This document shows, piece after piece, positions 36,871 through 50,809 of a DNA stretch of 64,000 nt (positions within the stretch are counted from its first letter, which is position 1; each line of letters starts with the position of its first letter). This DNA comes from Camelus ferus (taxonomy: Eukaryota): assembly GCF_009834535.1 (NCBI RefSeq), contig NC_045707.1, positions 60,204,001-60,268,000 of the forward strand, read 5' to 3'. A program made the translations under genes and the position numbers. Below the pieces are notes generated by a model that saw only the letters and a program-made list of their open reading frames with translations, ran no database searches and was not told the DNA's origin.

Positions 36871-39454
36871 AAAATATTCTTACTACTTACTCAATGAGGC
36901 TCAGCTTCTTATTTACAAAAGTGTCCCAGAATGGATTTTTTTAAGATTATTTAGGATTCGGGAAAGCTTCTATTATTCCTTACGATAAGAATAAAGAGAA
37001 AAATGCTGCCCATTTCACTAAAAGAAATAGAACATCTAGCACTTTAACAACACTCACAGACACACACATGCAATAGTTTCTTCTTTAAATCAAAAATTAG
37101 GGCTCCTCTGTGGGACAATTACAAATCAAATATTTTTTACAAGCCTCCTTTAACAAGTTACATATGTTGCCTCTTTTCATTTTATAATTTTTGCCTCTTT
37201 TACTTCATTTTACAGATTTCTCATCACTTCCTCTGCATACTCTTTGATGGCAGAGAGATATTACAATAATATCCCACGTTCATTTCACCAATGTATGGTA
37301 TCACAGTACATATATAGTCTCCAAAATTAGATATATTTTTCCAATCTTTAAATAACACCATGCAGAAATTGGAAAGAGAGAAAGATAAATAGGTAGGTAG
37401 GTAAGTAGATAAACCTCTGACATCAGTTGGCAAGTTTCAGCTAATGAACCAAAAAAGAAGGAATAAAATTAAATTAATCTTAGAAATATATAAAAGGAGT
37501 AATCATAGAACTTGCTCTTTTGTTCCCATGAAGCTCAGAAATGATTATTTAAATGGCAGCACACAAATTTGAATTTTAAAAGAGATATCTGTGGTACCTT
37601 AAAAGATCTTCATAATTTTAGGTCACTCCTATTTTGTGTTAATTTTACTAATATAGAAGTTTTGACAAACTGATCTGTCTTTTACACAATAACAGAAGTC
37701 AACCAGGCAAACAAAGAAAAGCCGAATTTTATTTCACTACACTGACTTCACCCCTTTATATGCATGGACATGATATATTTATAAGTCTAAGACCACTAAA
37801 ACACTGAGGCCAAATAAGAAGACACTGACCTCACTTGTTCAAAGAACTCTTTCCACTTCTGTCTCTTTGCCTGGTTGTCTGTCCCACGACTGAGTTTATT
37901 TGGTTTGTAATTTCTCTGTTCACAGCAGAACCCGCAACTTTTTGAAAGACCACGGTAATCCCCTAGAGCCATTGTTTACAATGATTTTTTTATTCAAATA
38001 CTGTCACTGCAGGGAGTTTTCTTCCCTAGTACACTGAACTTTTGACAGTCCATATGGTCTTAATGAATTTCCCAGGTGCTGAACACCATCCAACCTGTAC
38101 TTCTGGCAGCCTGCAGGGGTACTTAAGCCTGCCTTTGTCATTCCCCCTAATGCTGCGTAAGATGATTTTTAGAGGAGAAAGTTTGAAGTGGTTGGTGGAA
38201 ACAATCAAGCTTTACATGCTTCTATTACCAATGCAAAAGTACTGTCAAGGAGAATTCACTTCTGAAAGAAGGAAACAAAGCTGTTCACTTAATAACTATA
38301 GAGAACTCTCACTGGAATATGTGTTTGAGAGGTTATTCTATACTTGCAAGATTGGGTTTGCTGTCTTTAGTCCATTATGAAAAGTAGTGTTACAATATTT
38401 TCTTCACCTAACTTATAATTATAAATCTGGGTAAGTTTAAAGAAAGCACCAAATTGGCCCAATTGTCAACCCTGCTTATTATGGCTAATCTCAGAATATC
38501 AGCATATAGTTGGCTAGCTGAAGTGAAATAATGGCTAGTCAGTTAATGATACAGATGGAGAGATAATATTAAGACTGCCTAGAAAGAAAGAAAATACTTT
38601 AAAATCTTCAAACTATATTTAAAAGTTAACATGTATATCTACCCCTTGTTTCTCAACATATTAGGCATCCACTTTACAAATGTTGCCCATAAAACCCTAG
38701 GAGGTAGGCATTATGAATACCCCTATTTACAGAGCAATGACTAGAATTTTGTTTTCTCTAACTCTGAAACCATGCACTGAAGCATTTATGCCATTTTGCC
38801 CAATCTGAAAAATATGTTTATCATTATAGTGCACATTTTGGAATTCTTTTAAATGGCTGCTCAGAAAATGACCCCCCCGTCCATGCTCTGGGTCCAAAAT
38901 TGTGTAAGTCAATCTTTGCAGGAGGCAGCTCAGTCCCCCACCACCAATGCCCAGAGGCCACACTTGTATTCCAGACCCCTGGCAGCCACGGTGCAGACTC
39001 ATGTGCTAAGTCCAACATTCCAGTGTCCCAACCTGGGATTTTGAATCTGGCACAAAGATTCAAAGAGGGAAAGATAGTTTAAAATTCATTTCCAACTTTT
39101 TCAGTATCCAGTACCTAGTTTTCAGTGATGATACTGGCAACAAAATCAAGAATCTAAGAGTCTAGGGGTGACATCACCAGCAGCATTATTATAAGCAGAT
39201 CATTTCATGGTGAGACTTTTTACATGTGTCTGTGGCTGCACTGTCTTAAGCCTAGGAGCCTACTTCTGTGCCTCATTCTCCAAAATCTTTATCAATAATA
39301 TCATGTCTAGCCAGTAAGTATTATCTCAATTTTTGTTAACCATAATAGGACTCTGTATCTTATATACTTACAGGTTGCTAGACTAAAGGATAATCATCTG
39401 CTTACCTCTGTATCATATTGTTTCTCTACTCCCTTAATTTTACCAGCAATAATT

Positions 39455-39942
39455 ATAGCATTATCAGTTATCTCCTTAAATCCATTCTTTGCTGTTTCCC
39501 TCAATTGTAAAGTCTCTGATTTTTGGCTAGGCAGATGGCCACTCAACGAAAGACCACATTTCCTAAACTTCCTTGGTTGGTTCATGTAACTAAGTTCTGG
39601 CTGATGGGATGTGAGTAGAAATGACTGGCATAACTTCTGCATCATGACAGTAAAGGAAAGAAGCACTCTCTCCACTTCACCTTCTTTCCTTCCTGTTGAC
39701 TAGAAGGCAGATATGGCAGTGAAAGTTGAAGCAGCTATTTCAGACCAGAAGATGGAAACTACAGGTTGAGAAGGCAGAGCAACAATGTAGAAGGAGTGTG
39801 GGTCCTGGATGAAGTGCAGCCTTCATCCCTGGTCTGCTTACCCTTGGACAATTAGTCATAAAATAAATGAACTTCTATCTTTTTTTAAGTCACTGTTATT
39901 TTGGACTTTGTCGCTGAGCCAAACCTGCATTCTAACTAATGG
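39455..39942 (+). mobile_element. MLT1J-like MaLR solo LTR
   Basis: aaagaccacatttcc, catgtaactaagttctggctgatgggatgtgagtagaa, ggcagagcaacaa...gaaggag, tttaagtcactgttattttgg, tctaactaat. Confidence 0.8.
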
Positions 39943-41619
39943 GGCCATTGGCATTTTCAACTCAACTTCTTGCCAGTTATCCTCAACCCTGGGCTCTGCT
40001 GAAGCTTTCTCATGAGAAGAAGAAAGCTGCTTCATGTGCCTCCTACTTGGACTTTTTGAAAACCACTTACTTTGTTAGCTACTCAGCAGTAACAAAAGTG
40101 AGAAGAAACAAGAGGAAGATTGCTTGTCCATTTCTGCCACATCGGCAGAAACAGAAGCCACAGTATAGCATCAAAAGATGTGGTAAATTCTAATGAGCAT
40201 GGAAAGGTCAGGTCTTAGTTTTACATGCTCCTTGGAAAGTGGTATGAGGCCTTTTAGCAAGACTTAAATAATACTGTCGTGCTGGTTTTCATTCTGAGGG
40301 TCATGGCACACTACCTAAATAGAAGAACAAATAAAAGAAAACAGCTGTGTTGTAGTTTATGCTACTCATGTTTGCTATCGACAAAACTGCAGTTGAGGTT
40401 ACTTTTTTTTTTTTTATTAATCACACTGAACAAATGTTCCAAAAGCAAGATTCTCTTTTTCCAATTAAACATAATCTCTATTCCATAAATTAAAATTGAA
40501 AAAGGCAAAGGCAAAGCAGTCACGAAGATCTTCCTTTCTCTTCTCAGCTTACAGTTGACCATTCCCAAGTGCGTAAGATAAGAGGGTAGGGAAAGAAGTG
40601 GTTTGCTAAGCATTCCAGTATGTGGAGAAACCATCCTGGCACTGATGTTGTGGGACTGCAGTCAAGTTCACACACAAATAAAACCTTCCCATTGTAATAA
40701 ATTACTGGGCACATTAGGGCCTTGATTAGACCCAAAGTGCTTCATAATGGGTGTTTTACTGTGTCTAAATCTCTACTTTCTGAGGGGGAAAAAAATTGGA
40801 ATCTTTTCTGATCCATGGTTCATGTTCTATAGTTCGGTAGAATAAAAAGAAACACTATTTCTAAGCTGTTACAAGAATGTAAAAGTATACTGTTTCTAGG
40901 AAGTTGGATCAAGTCATTAGTAATTATAAGCACTAAAATTACTATCGCTGTTAATTTTTTTATCCACTGAAAATGCTAGAAAATTTTAAAATATAGTTGA
41001 AATTCTCATAAATAAAGACACACTCATATGGCATATCATAGAGTCATCTTCTAGAACCATTATCAACTTCCTTCCATACATATTAGAACTCCAAGAGATT
41101 TGATAACTTCTTCCCTCTGTTCTGATATTTATGAGGACAAGTATCTCTTAAAAGCATGTAGAAGACCAGCTAAGAGCTCAGCTGCCAAAGATGATTGCTT
41201 TAAAGTCTTTGTAATATCAGCCTAAGGCAGCCTAAGGGATGAGCAAAGAGATTAATCACAGACCTTTGAACACGGGTAAGCAAACCACAGCCAAATGGAT
41301 AATGTCCCACAGAGAACATGTAATCTTTGGATGCTGGGGCTTCTTCTACCACATACATTCCATAATGGCTATAAATTCCATTACCACTAAATACCCACTG
41401 AGCTCTAAGCCAAGAGGAGGAATGAAATCCTGTCTATACAATGTCAAGATGGCCAATGGATTCAGTTTGTTTCAAAAAATATTAAGAGTACCTTCTATAA
41501 GCCAGGCATTGGGTTCAGTGATAAGGATGTAGCTGTGAATCAGACATAGCTCCTAAAGTCTACATGCTTACAGGTTTGTGGTGATTACAGATCCTGAAAC
41601 AGATCAATGTGTCAAGAGC

Positions 41620-41843
41620 ACAGCTATCAGCACACAGACAGGCAGTAAAAGTGCCTGGGTTCAAATTCTAACACTACCATATATGTTACTTGAACGCTCA
41701 ATGCCTCAATGTCCTCAACTGTAAAATGGGAATAATAACTGTACCTGCCTTAAAGAGCTCTTGTGAGGATTAAATGAAAACATATATTTCAATTATTTAG
41801 AATGAACCCTGGTTAGAGTAAATACTCAATAATGGGGAGCTTT
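41620..41843 (+). mobile_element. MIR SINE
   Basis: gcctgggttcaaattc, tgcctcaatgtcctcaactgtaaaatgggaataataactgtacct, ttgtgaggattaaatga. Confidence 0.85.
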
Positions 41844-41844
41844 A

Positions 41845-42310
41845 GTCTTTGAAGTGAAATAAAATTGCCCAGGGAGACAAGAGAAGAGGGTGGTAAGACT
41901 GCAACCACAAGGAGCTTCAGCATTTAAAGACTAGGAAGAGAAGGTGAAATCTCCAAAGGAAAATGAGAAGTAGCCAAAGGTGATTTTTAAAAAGTCAGGG
42001 AATTTCAGTGTCACAGAAATCAGGGAGAAAGTATGTTTATGAAAAAGGAGTTGATAAAACATACCAAAAACTAAGGAGAGTTCAAGTAAGGTGGGAACTA
42101 AATATTGTCCTTTGAACTCTGTAGGTCCTTGGTGGTCTTGACAAGAACCAATCAATGAAACGGTGTGAGTGGAAGTAAATACTGATGAAATGAAGAGTCC
42201 ACGGGAGATAAGGAGGTCTGCCGTGCGGTGGGGGAGCCTGCTGGGTCAGCTGGACGGTCTTAGAGGACCCCAGAAGGTTCAGCTGGTTTCTTTTTTAAGA
42301 CAGGAAAGTC
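41845..42310 (-). mobile_element. L2 LINE relic (its 3' tail probably lies at about 41465-41600, before the MIR)
   Basis: ttgcccagggaga, cagcatttaaagactaggaagag, cagtgtcacagaaatcagggaga, gagttcaagtaag, ggtccttggtggtcttgacaaga. Confidence 0.7.
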
Positions 42311-43875
42311 TAGGTCTGTTCAAATACCTGACATCCGTAAGTGGTTGGCAAATGTTGGAATCCTGAGCACATCCTTCTCAACTTCAAAGGCAAAGATCAA
42401 CTATCTCTACTTCTGAGGAACCTTTCCTGATACACTAAACTACATTAAGTGATGGACCCAAAGAAAAATGCCTGCAGGCCTCTATGAAACCATTTACCAT
42501 GCTGAAACTCTTGGTCTACTTACTTCACTCACTAAAATAGAATGCACTTCAGTGCAGGGATCACTTATCTACTCCCATGACTGGCATGTTCATTTCACTA
42601 GTCAAACAAGAAGGTCTAGCCTAAGAGTAAAATCAATTCCATCTACTTGTTAAACACAAATGTCCAATTCTCCTCATTAAAAAATTTTTTTTAAAAAAGT
42701 CTGGCCAGAGAGAAAGAACTTAGACTTTTTAAAAGGCCTAGATAAAGAGATATTTAACCTAGACTTGAACTTAACTGTTTCAAACATGTTAGAACAGATG
42801 AAGTTATACAGATTAAAAGATTTCCTCTCTAACTTTCCTGTAAGTACCATTTTGTATGCACTTTCGTATCCTGCACTGAGTCCAGCAAGGCACTAAACAT
42901 AAAGCAGGAAGTTGAATAGAGATTTATTGATTCATCTCTCTTTTACCTGCATGAAATTTTGTACATACAAAGCAAAAACACTGCCACTGAATATTGTGGT
43001 AACAACAGTCATTTCTCTTCGGCGTTAGTGGAACAGCTTGTGTCACTCATCAATTTGACAAAACAACGTTCACACAAAACAGCAGGTAAATGAATCATGC
43101 TGAGAAAGACCATCCATTTGCCACATAAAATAGATGTATTGGTCTCTCTGCAATATGTAATCTTTAGCTGTCGGGCGATTAAATTGCCAGCTTAAGTTCT
43201 AATTGTTTAAATGTGTTGGTGTTGGAAACCAGCATAAAGTTAATCTGCTCTCAGAAACACCTCTGATGGGTAGGGAAGTTATACAGCAGCATAAAAATGA
43301 GATCTTTCCTAGTAAGAAAAATGGACAAGGTGATCGACCTATTGTTCTCCAGGATGAATCAGTACAGGACATTTTCCTTCTATGTAAAATACAGTCATTT
43401 TATTTTGTTGATGCCACTCCCTTCTGCCTCAGGCACAGATGTGCTGAGAGACTAAAAAGTGAGAAACACAGTGAGAACTCAAGTGTTCTGACTTTCAATC
43501 TTTCTTGACTAAAGAAATCTAGCAAAGGATGTTATTTCCTGTCCCAGGACATCAGAAAAGTGTCACTAAATGTACATTTTCTGTGGCAGAGGTCACTGAT
43601 TCATCTACAGCTGTGTTTTCAGAAGTAAAACAATATATTCTGGAAGAAAAAAAACATTTTAATAGGGCACATTTTAAGCTCTGCACTCAGGACAATACTT
43701 GGTTAAAAACATGAGCCCTATGATTAGGTGAATATTTTTAGGTCTGGGGCAGAAGAAAATCCTTCTCTCGGTCATTTTGGCACAGCTGGGGACCCAAAGA
43801 AAGTTGAGATTTGCATCCTTATTTCAAGCTATGAAATAAGATGCTGTGCTGGACAAGGACATGTAAAGTCTATGT

Positions 43876-45265
43876 GACTTCTGGGAAAGATGACTGCATA
43901 AGCACACGAGTCTGGCTCTCCTTCCAAAATCCCATTGAAGGGATCAATGGAATATTCAAACTGGAAATGTTGCCTTAGCACCGGACACCAGAAGAGATCT
44001 CCATTGCTCCATACTAGAAAGAAAAAAGGATGGAAAGCTTCTGTGGCAATCAAAATAGTGGGCAATAAGTCAGAGGATACTTCAATCGCCCTTGTTAACT
44101 AGAGGGAACATCCAGAGACAAGGGCAGAACACATGACTGTGGGTAGATTTCTTCTTCCTGCTCTTGCAGACTAACAGCACAGGACCCCACAGCCAACACT
44201 GGAAAGTGCCATCGTTTGCTCCCAGCACCAGGAGAACCAAAGCAGGCGTGGAAGTAGGTATATGGAACATGGGAGACAATTCATTTGTAGTGTCACACAG
44301 AGACCTAGCTCTGTGCCATGAGGTCCCCCAGCACCAGCTCCCTCTCTGACCCTCTCATATTGATCATTGACTGTGGTCTTTTTGTTGATTTGGGTTTTTA
44401 CTTCTTCCCTACTTCTTTATGTCTAGACTTGAAGGAACTCTGGGAAACATTTGGGGAGAAGAGGAAACATACCAAGTTCTAACAGCACCCACTCAACTCC
44501 TACAAAGGTTGGCAAGCACAGGCGACCTTCTGGGAGTAAAAGAAAACCGAAAAATCAGAAGACCTAAAAATTTTAAGAGTCTAAATGAAGGAAAGCACTT
44601 TAAAAAATGACATTTATCCATTGACACAGTAGGTATTTTTTTGAGGACTTAATGTCAAGCACTGTGCTAGGTGAAAAAAAGAAGACAAAACAGTCCAGAC
44701 ATCTTTCTTTTGAGGAAGTAGCTGGCTGCCTCTAATACTGATTTACTACCAGAATCAAATAAATCTTTAGGAAATGTCTAATCCACGTATTAGCAAGATT
44801 CAAGGGACCCCTGATCTGATAGTGCAGTAAGAGGGACAAATCTAAGATTAAAAGCTCATCGAAAATGAAATCAGTCATTAAAATTAAAGCCACAATGGAG
44901 GCACTTAAAATAAAAAAAAATTAAATAAAATGAGAAATTCACCCAGAACTCTCATGAAATCTCTAAAAAATTTAAACTATATGGGAGAAAATACGTGAAA
45001 GAGAGAGAGAAGGAGAGAGAGAAGGAGGGAGAGAGTGGAAGCTCCTGGTGCTTCAACCTGTGATCCATAGGAATTCCAGAAAGAAAGGAAATAATCAAAG
45101 CAATAATAGCAGAAAATTTTGCTGATAATATACCACTCAAAAAAGGTATTGTGAAAACTGAATGATGTCCCAGTATCACTCCTCAAATCTGGTGGATAAT
45201 GAGAGCATGTGTTAACTGAAAACATTCTGAAAGATTACCTTTTCTGGGACATCTGACTTTCAACT
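43876..45265 (+). mobile_element. Very old L1ME/HAL1-like 5' end and ORF1 remnant
   Basis: Start-like gacttctgggaaagatgactg, and an ORF1 motif near 45055-45125 (IGIPERKEIIKAIIAENFA). Confidence 0.55.
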
Positions 45266-46271
45266 AGAGTTTAGATGTGTATCAAGAAGCATGTTAAGGA
45301 GTTTCAAATAAATTAAGTCATTTCATTTAACTACTCAAAAAGGAATGCATTTCTAAAGGTATAACTTCAGTTTGTCAGCGAGTCCTAAAACTTTGGCCAG
45401 TTTAAGACATTTCTCTGTCCTCTTGATAATTAAGAAGATATCAGGAAGCTAAAAATAAGAATTTAGTATTCAGTTCCTTGGAAACGTGTATTTTTATAAA
45501 ATCCCATGTCATGGAATTTAAGCCTTGAGGGTTGTCCAAAGAGCATAATTATTATATATCAAAGCAAACCCCAAAGAATAAGTACCTTCAGCCACACCTA
45601 AGAGAAATAAAACAAATAGAGATTATCTTCACTTCTGCTCCACTGAAACTTCCCTACCAATCTTTACCAAAACGATGCGGCTTAGAAACTACTTATTGAG
45701 TGGGTTTTTTTCAAGTGTTTTGTTCACAAAGCTCAAGAGAGAAGATTGTAAAAATAATCTATTGCAGTTAGATATAAAGTGGATCGGTCAAAGAATCTTG
45801 AAAAAAGCCACAATATCCCCACACTAACCAGACTTCAAGAAGCTCCTTTAGTTGAACTTACACCCTTATGTGAACATTAAAAGTTAGACAATATTTAGAA
45901 AAAGATTCAACCTTCCATTGTCCCAATTCCCAAAAGTTAATTAAATAAGGCTCAATGAGTCTGCATGGGTCAAAGTTTTGAAAATCTCCCTTTGATCACA
46001 GTAACATCTCTCTTCAGCTATATGCTTTTCCAAATACATTTAAGCTCTTATCACTTCTAGAATTTGATTGACTGAAAATCTCTCAATCTCACTGTTCTCA
46101 GTTCACTCCTAGGTAAAAAGGGAGTTGTACTATCTTAACTACTCACCTCACTGAATTATTTGGGAGGATCAAATAGGATAAGGTAAACCAGAGCACTTGA
46201 TGGTCAGTAACATACTGTAGAAAACTGCAAAAATCTCTACAATGTTTTTTCCTTTCATGTAGCCATTAGTG

Positions 46272-46570
46272 TTTGCTATGTGAATTTGCATCTTCTCCCA
46301 TCAAGAAGCACATTTCCCCACCTCTAGAATCTGGGCTGAACTTTTGGCTTGCCCTGACCAATAAAAAGTGTCAGAAATAATATAGTAACAGTTCTGGCCT
46401 AGGCTTCAATAACCCTGCACAAGTCTGACCTCTCTGGGGTGGGGTGAGGGTGGGAGGTGTGGGTTGGAAGGAGAGGACAGTCATGGTCCCCATGAGCCAG
46501 CCAGCTAAGAATAGCTGAGCCCAGATCTTCAGTGCCACCCGGTCAACTCGGACTCATGAACTCTGCATGA
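46272..46570 (+). mobile_element. MLT1F/G-like LTR fragment
   Basis: ttgctatgtgaatttgca...ctcccatcaagaag...tttccccacctctagaatctgggctg...ttgccctgaccaata...gttctggcctaggcttcaa. Confidence 0.65.
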
Positions 46571-47639
46571 ACTACAGAGCTGATGACAGGACAACTCTAG
46601 AAGTTTTTGTTTATGCTTCTTTTCTAATGGTGGTTTCCATCTTTAAGGGGTTAAACATGAATCTGTAGAGGTTGAGACACAGGACAATCCATGGGACAGA
46701 ATCTGACCTAATTCATTAAATTATAGATCTTAGAAGTCATGTAAGCCTCCCATGTAATTCTCCCCAGACATATCCTCATGCCCTTAAAAATGTGTTGGTA
46801 ACTCAATTATCTTCTTTGGGAATGAGTTCTTTCCCCCAAAGCACGTGAAAGCAAGAGTTCCAGATAAAGACTTAATTTGTATTTTTTCCCTGCTTAGTAA
46901 TAAGTGTCAGAAAATCCTGGTAACTATAGAAAAATACGTAAGATACCCCCCCTACAAGGGGAGCATAAACAAGCATTTGTGTGGCTTCTATCATCTGTAA
47001 TTTTTCTAATAAAAAGATCAATCATCAGAGGGGAGAAATCGGATGAGCATTGTTCACGAGTTAAGGGTTGATCAGGAGTGGAACAGTGATTCCTGGGGAG
47101 GAAGACAGGAAGAAGGAAACGGGGTGATGCTCTGGGTCTGACAGAAAGCAGACAACTGAGCCCAGTTCGGGGATCCATCTAGGGTGGAAGAGGTGTCCTG
47201 GGAAGGACTGACATGAATAAGATGATGCTGCAGTGACACCAGCTCAGGCCAGCCCAGAGGACCCATCCCTGCACCTGGTTTAAAAAAGGCGACCAACCCA
47301 GTCAGCATCTACTCTGCCCCTCACACTGATGCTCTGGTCACCCTCCTCCAGCACACTCCATCGGCATCTTCCAGACCTAGAGAATATGCTGTTCCCCAGG
47401 AACACTCCTGCACAACTACTAGGAAGGGAGGGAGGTGTACCTCAGAGCTGCTGCTCCATCTATCAGAAGGTAGGAGAGTTCAGGACATTGGGGCCAGACT
47501 CAGGACATTGGTGAACTCCAAATCAAGGAGAGGGAAGAGTGAAAACCAAGATTATACTCTTACAAATGGACACTGGGAAGGGCCACCTCTCCCCAGCCTC
47601 CATAAAGTCCTCCAGGCCATTCCAGGCAATGCCGAATCC

Positions 47640-47785
47640 TATGCTGAACACAACAGTCAATCTGGTCTCCCCATCTCACATCCAATCCTTCTTCCAGATG
47701 ACAGGCTTTAAAATACTTGATAGCAGCTTTCATGCCCCCTCTGTCTTCTTTCCTCTGGGCTAAGTTTCCCTTGATCCTTCAATTA
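47640..47785 (-). mobile_element. L3/CR1 LINE relic
   Basis: ctttaaaatacttgatagcagctttcatgccccctctgtcttctttcctctgggctaag...tccttcaa matches the CR1/L3 ORF2 3' region, antisense. Confidence 0.6.
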
Positions 47786-48086
47786 GAAAATAAGTATGCC
47801 TGAATGGAGTCATTTGAACAAAATTCCCAGCAGCCTCACTGAAGCAGGGAAACCCATCTGTAACCATCAGTGTAAACATTAAATTGGGAAATCCCCCTGA
47901 TACTGTGTACAAGGCAGCCATCAACACAGTGGGCCCTGTTAAACAAAGTCATCAGCATTGGAGTGATGAGAATTACACAAATTAAAAAGCTACACCCAAG
48001 TGAACAAAAGATTGTCTCGTTTTGTAAGTGAATTGTCTGGCATTGTTCAAAATGGTTTCCTAGGCACTGGTCTTGCTGTTCATGCA

Positions 48087-48207
48087 ACTGTAAGCTCTGT
48101 GAGGACAGAGCCAGCATTTCCCATCACTTCCCTGGAACCATCCTGCCCAGATGTGGGCACACAGTTTGCACTTAGTACATCCTTAATGAGATGTCTGTGA
48201 ATTAAAT
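48087..48207 (+). mobile_element. L2 3' end
   Basis: actgtaagctctgtgaggacagag...cacagtttgcacttagta...gtgaattaaat. Confidence 0.6.
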
Positions 48208-48514
48208 ATATGCTTTGTCTCCATTCCATCGTCTCCAAAGCCAGAGGATAGAGGTTTCTACCAAAGACTGCACTGAGGTATACATTTGTGCTAAGAAACT
48301 GGCATGCTGAAAGTGGAACTCCAAGATAGAATAAATTCACTTTTATGCAGAACAACCCAATTCACAGACTCCCACGCAGCCCTAATGAAGCTACACCCTG
48401 TATTTGATTGACACTGGAATTACAGACCTGAAAATGTGAATGAACTTTCACTGGAAAAAGTCTTAGAATCCTGTTTTCCAAGAGGATCTTCATAATCAAT
48501 AGGATAATATTTTT

Positions 48515-50809
48515 TCTAATTGTAATAAAAAATAATTGAGATACATCACTGTATAAGTTTAAGGTGTACAGTATAATGGTTCAATTTATATATATGATGT
48601 ATGACAACAGATTCAGCTAATATCCATCTTCTCATACAGATACAATAAAAAGAAAAGAAAGAAGAAAAAAAGGAAAGGTTTCTCCTTGGGAGGAGAACTC
48701 TTAGGATTTACTCGCTTAACAACTTTCCTATATATCACACAGTAGTGTTAGTTACAGTCATCATATTGTACATTACGTCTCTAGTACTTACTTATCTTAC
48801 AGTTGGAAGCTTGTACCTTTTGACCATCTGCCTCCAACTCCCCCTCCTCCAACCCTCTGCCTCTGGTAATCACTTTTATCTCTTTTTCTACAAAATTTGT
48901 TTTGTTTTGTTTTTTTAGATTCCATATATGAGATCATACAGTATTCATCTTTCTCTGTATGACTTATTTCACTTAGCATAATGCCTTCAAGGTTCATCCA
49001 AATTGTCACAAATGGTAGGATTTCCTCGTTTTTTATGGCTGAAGGATATTTCATTGTATATATATATGCACCACACCTCTTTTATCTGTTCATCCATCAA
49101 TTTATACTTATGCTGCTTCCATGTCTTGGCTACTGTAAGTAATGCTGCTATGAACATGGGAGTGCAGACATCTTTCCAAGTTAGTCTTTTCATTTCCTCT
49201 GGATGTATTTCCAGAAGTAGAATTGCTGTATCATATGGTAGTTCTATTTTTAGTTTTTTGATGATCCTCCATACTGTTTCCCATAGTGGTTGTGCCAATT
49301 TAAAATCCCACCGACAGTACACAGTTCCCCTTTTCTGCACATTCTTATCAGTGTTCGTTCTCTCTCTTGTCTTCTTGATGGTGGTCATCTAACAGGTGTG
49401 AGGTGTTATGTTGTGGTTTTAACTTGCATTTCCGTAATGACTAGTGATACTGAGCATCTTTTCATATACTTGTTGGCCTTTCATGTATCTTCTTGGAAAA
49501 AATGTCTATTCAGATCTTTTGCCCATTTTTTAATTGAGTTATTTGATTTTTTTGCTATTGCATTGTATGAGTTCTTTATGTTTTGAATATTTACCCCTTA
49601 TCAGTATATGGTTTGAAAATATTTTTCGCATTCCATAGGTTGGCTTTTCACTTTGTTGATGGTGACTTTTGCTGTGCAGAAGTTTTTTAGTTTGTTGTAA
49701 TCCCACTTGTTTATTGCTTATTTTCTTGACTGTTCTTAAGCTGTCATATCTAAAAAAATCACTACCAAGACCCATGTCCAGGAGATTTGTGCCTGCGTTT
49801 TCTTCTAGGAGTTTCATGGTTCCAGGCATTACATTTAATTCTTTAATCCATTTCAAGTTCACGTTTGTGAGTGGTAGAAGGTATGGATCCAGTTTCATTT
49901 TACATGTGAATATCCAATTACTGCAGTATCATTTATTGAAGAGACTGTCTTTTCTCCATTGGCTCCCTTGTCAAATATCAGTTGACTGTATATACTTGGG
50001 TTTATTTCTGAGCTCTCAATTCTGTTCCATTGGTCTATTTGTCAGTTTTGAAGCCAGTCAAATACTATTTTGATGACTAAAGCTTTATAATACAAATTGA
50101 AATGTGCTATCTCCTGCTTTCTTCTTCTTTTTCAGGGTCATTTGTGGTTCCATATAAATTTTAGGGGTGTTTTTTCTACTTCTATAAAAAAATGCCTTTG
50201 GAATCTTGATAGAGATTGCATTGAACAGATAGATGGCTTTTGTAGTATTGACATTTTAACAATCTTAATTCTTCCAATCCATGAATACAGGATACCTTTC
50301 CATTTTTATTTGTGTCATCTTTAATTTCTGTCACCAAAGTCTTGTAGTTTTCAGCATAGAAGATCTTTTACCTCCTTAAATTTATTCCTAATTATTTTTG
50401 ATGCTATTGTAAATGGGATCAATTTCTGTATTTCTTTTTCAGGAATTTTATTAGTGTATAGAAACAATACTGATTAATTTTGTATCAAGCAACCCTTCTG
50501 AATTCATTGTTTAGATCTAACAGACTTTTGGCTGAATCTTTAGGATTTTCTGTATGGAAAATCATGTAATCTGCAAAGAGAGACAACTTTAATTCTTCTT
50601 TTCCAATTCTAATACCTTTTTTCTTTGCCTCACTGCTCTATGTAGGACTTCCAATGCTATGTCGAATAAAAGTGGTCAGACTGGGCACCCTTGTCTTGTT
50701 CCTGATCTCAGAGGAAAGTTCAACCTTTCACCACTGAGTATGATGTTACCTATGGGCTTGTCACATGGCCTTTATTATGTTGAAATATTTTCCTTCTTTG
50801 CCTAATTTG
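48515..50809 (-). mobile_element. 5'-truncated L1 (L1MA9-lineage, artiodactyl type): ORF2 RT to C-terminus plus 3' UTR, frameshifted
   Basis: ORF-track pieces KLDPYLLPLTNVNLKWIKELN, KLKIELPYDTAILLL...CTPMFIAALLTVAKTWKQ and ILPFVTIWMNLEGIMLSEIS. TSD aataggataatattttt (48498-48514) and aatgggataacattttt (50810-50826), 15/17. Confidence 0.95.

Noticed and set aside
37926..37954. Micro-exon candidate (tttctctgttcacAG...CACG|GTAATC)
   Set aside because: It is 29 nt (26 nt via the NAGNAG acceptor), so not frame-preserving, and the peptide is unrecognised. It cannot be told apart from a pseudo-exon without RNA data.
48797..50324. Cluster of 75-134 aa ORFs as coding genes
   Set aside because: Minus-strand ORFs are frameshifted L1 ORF2 fragments, and plus-strand ORFs are their antisense shadows.
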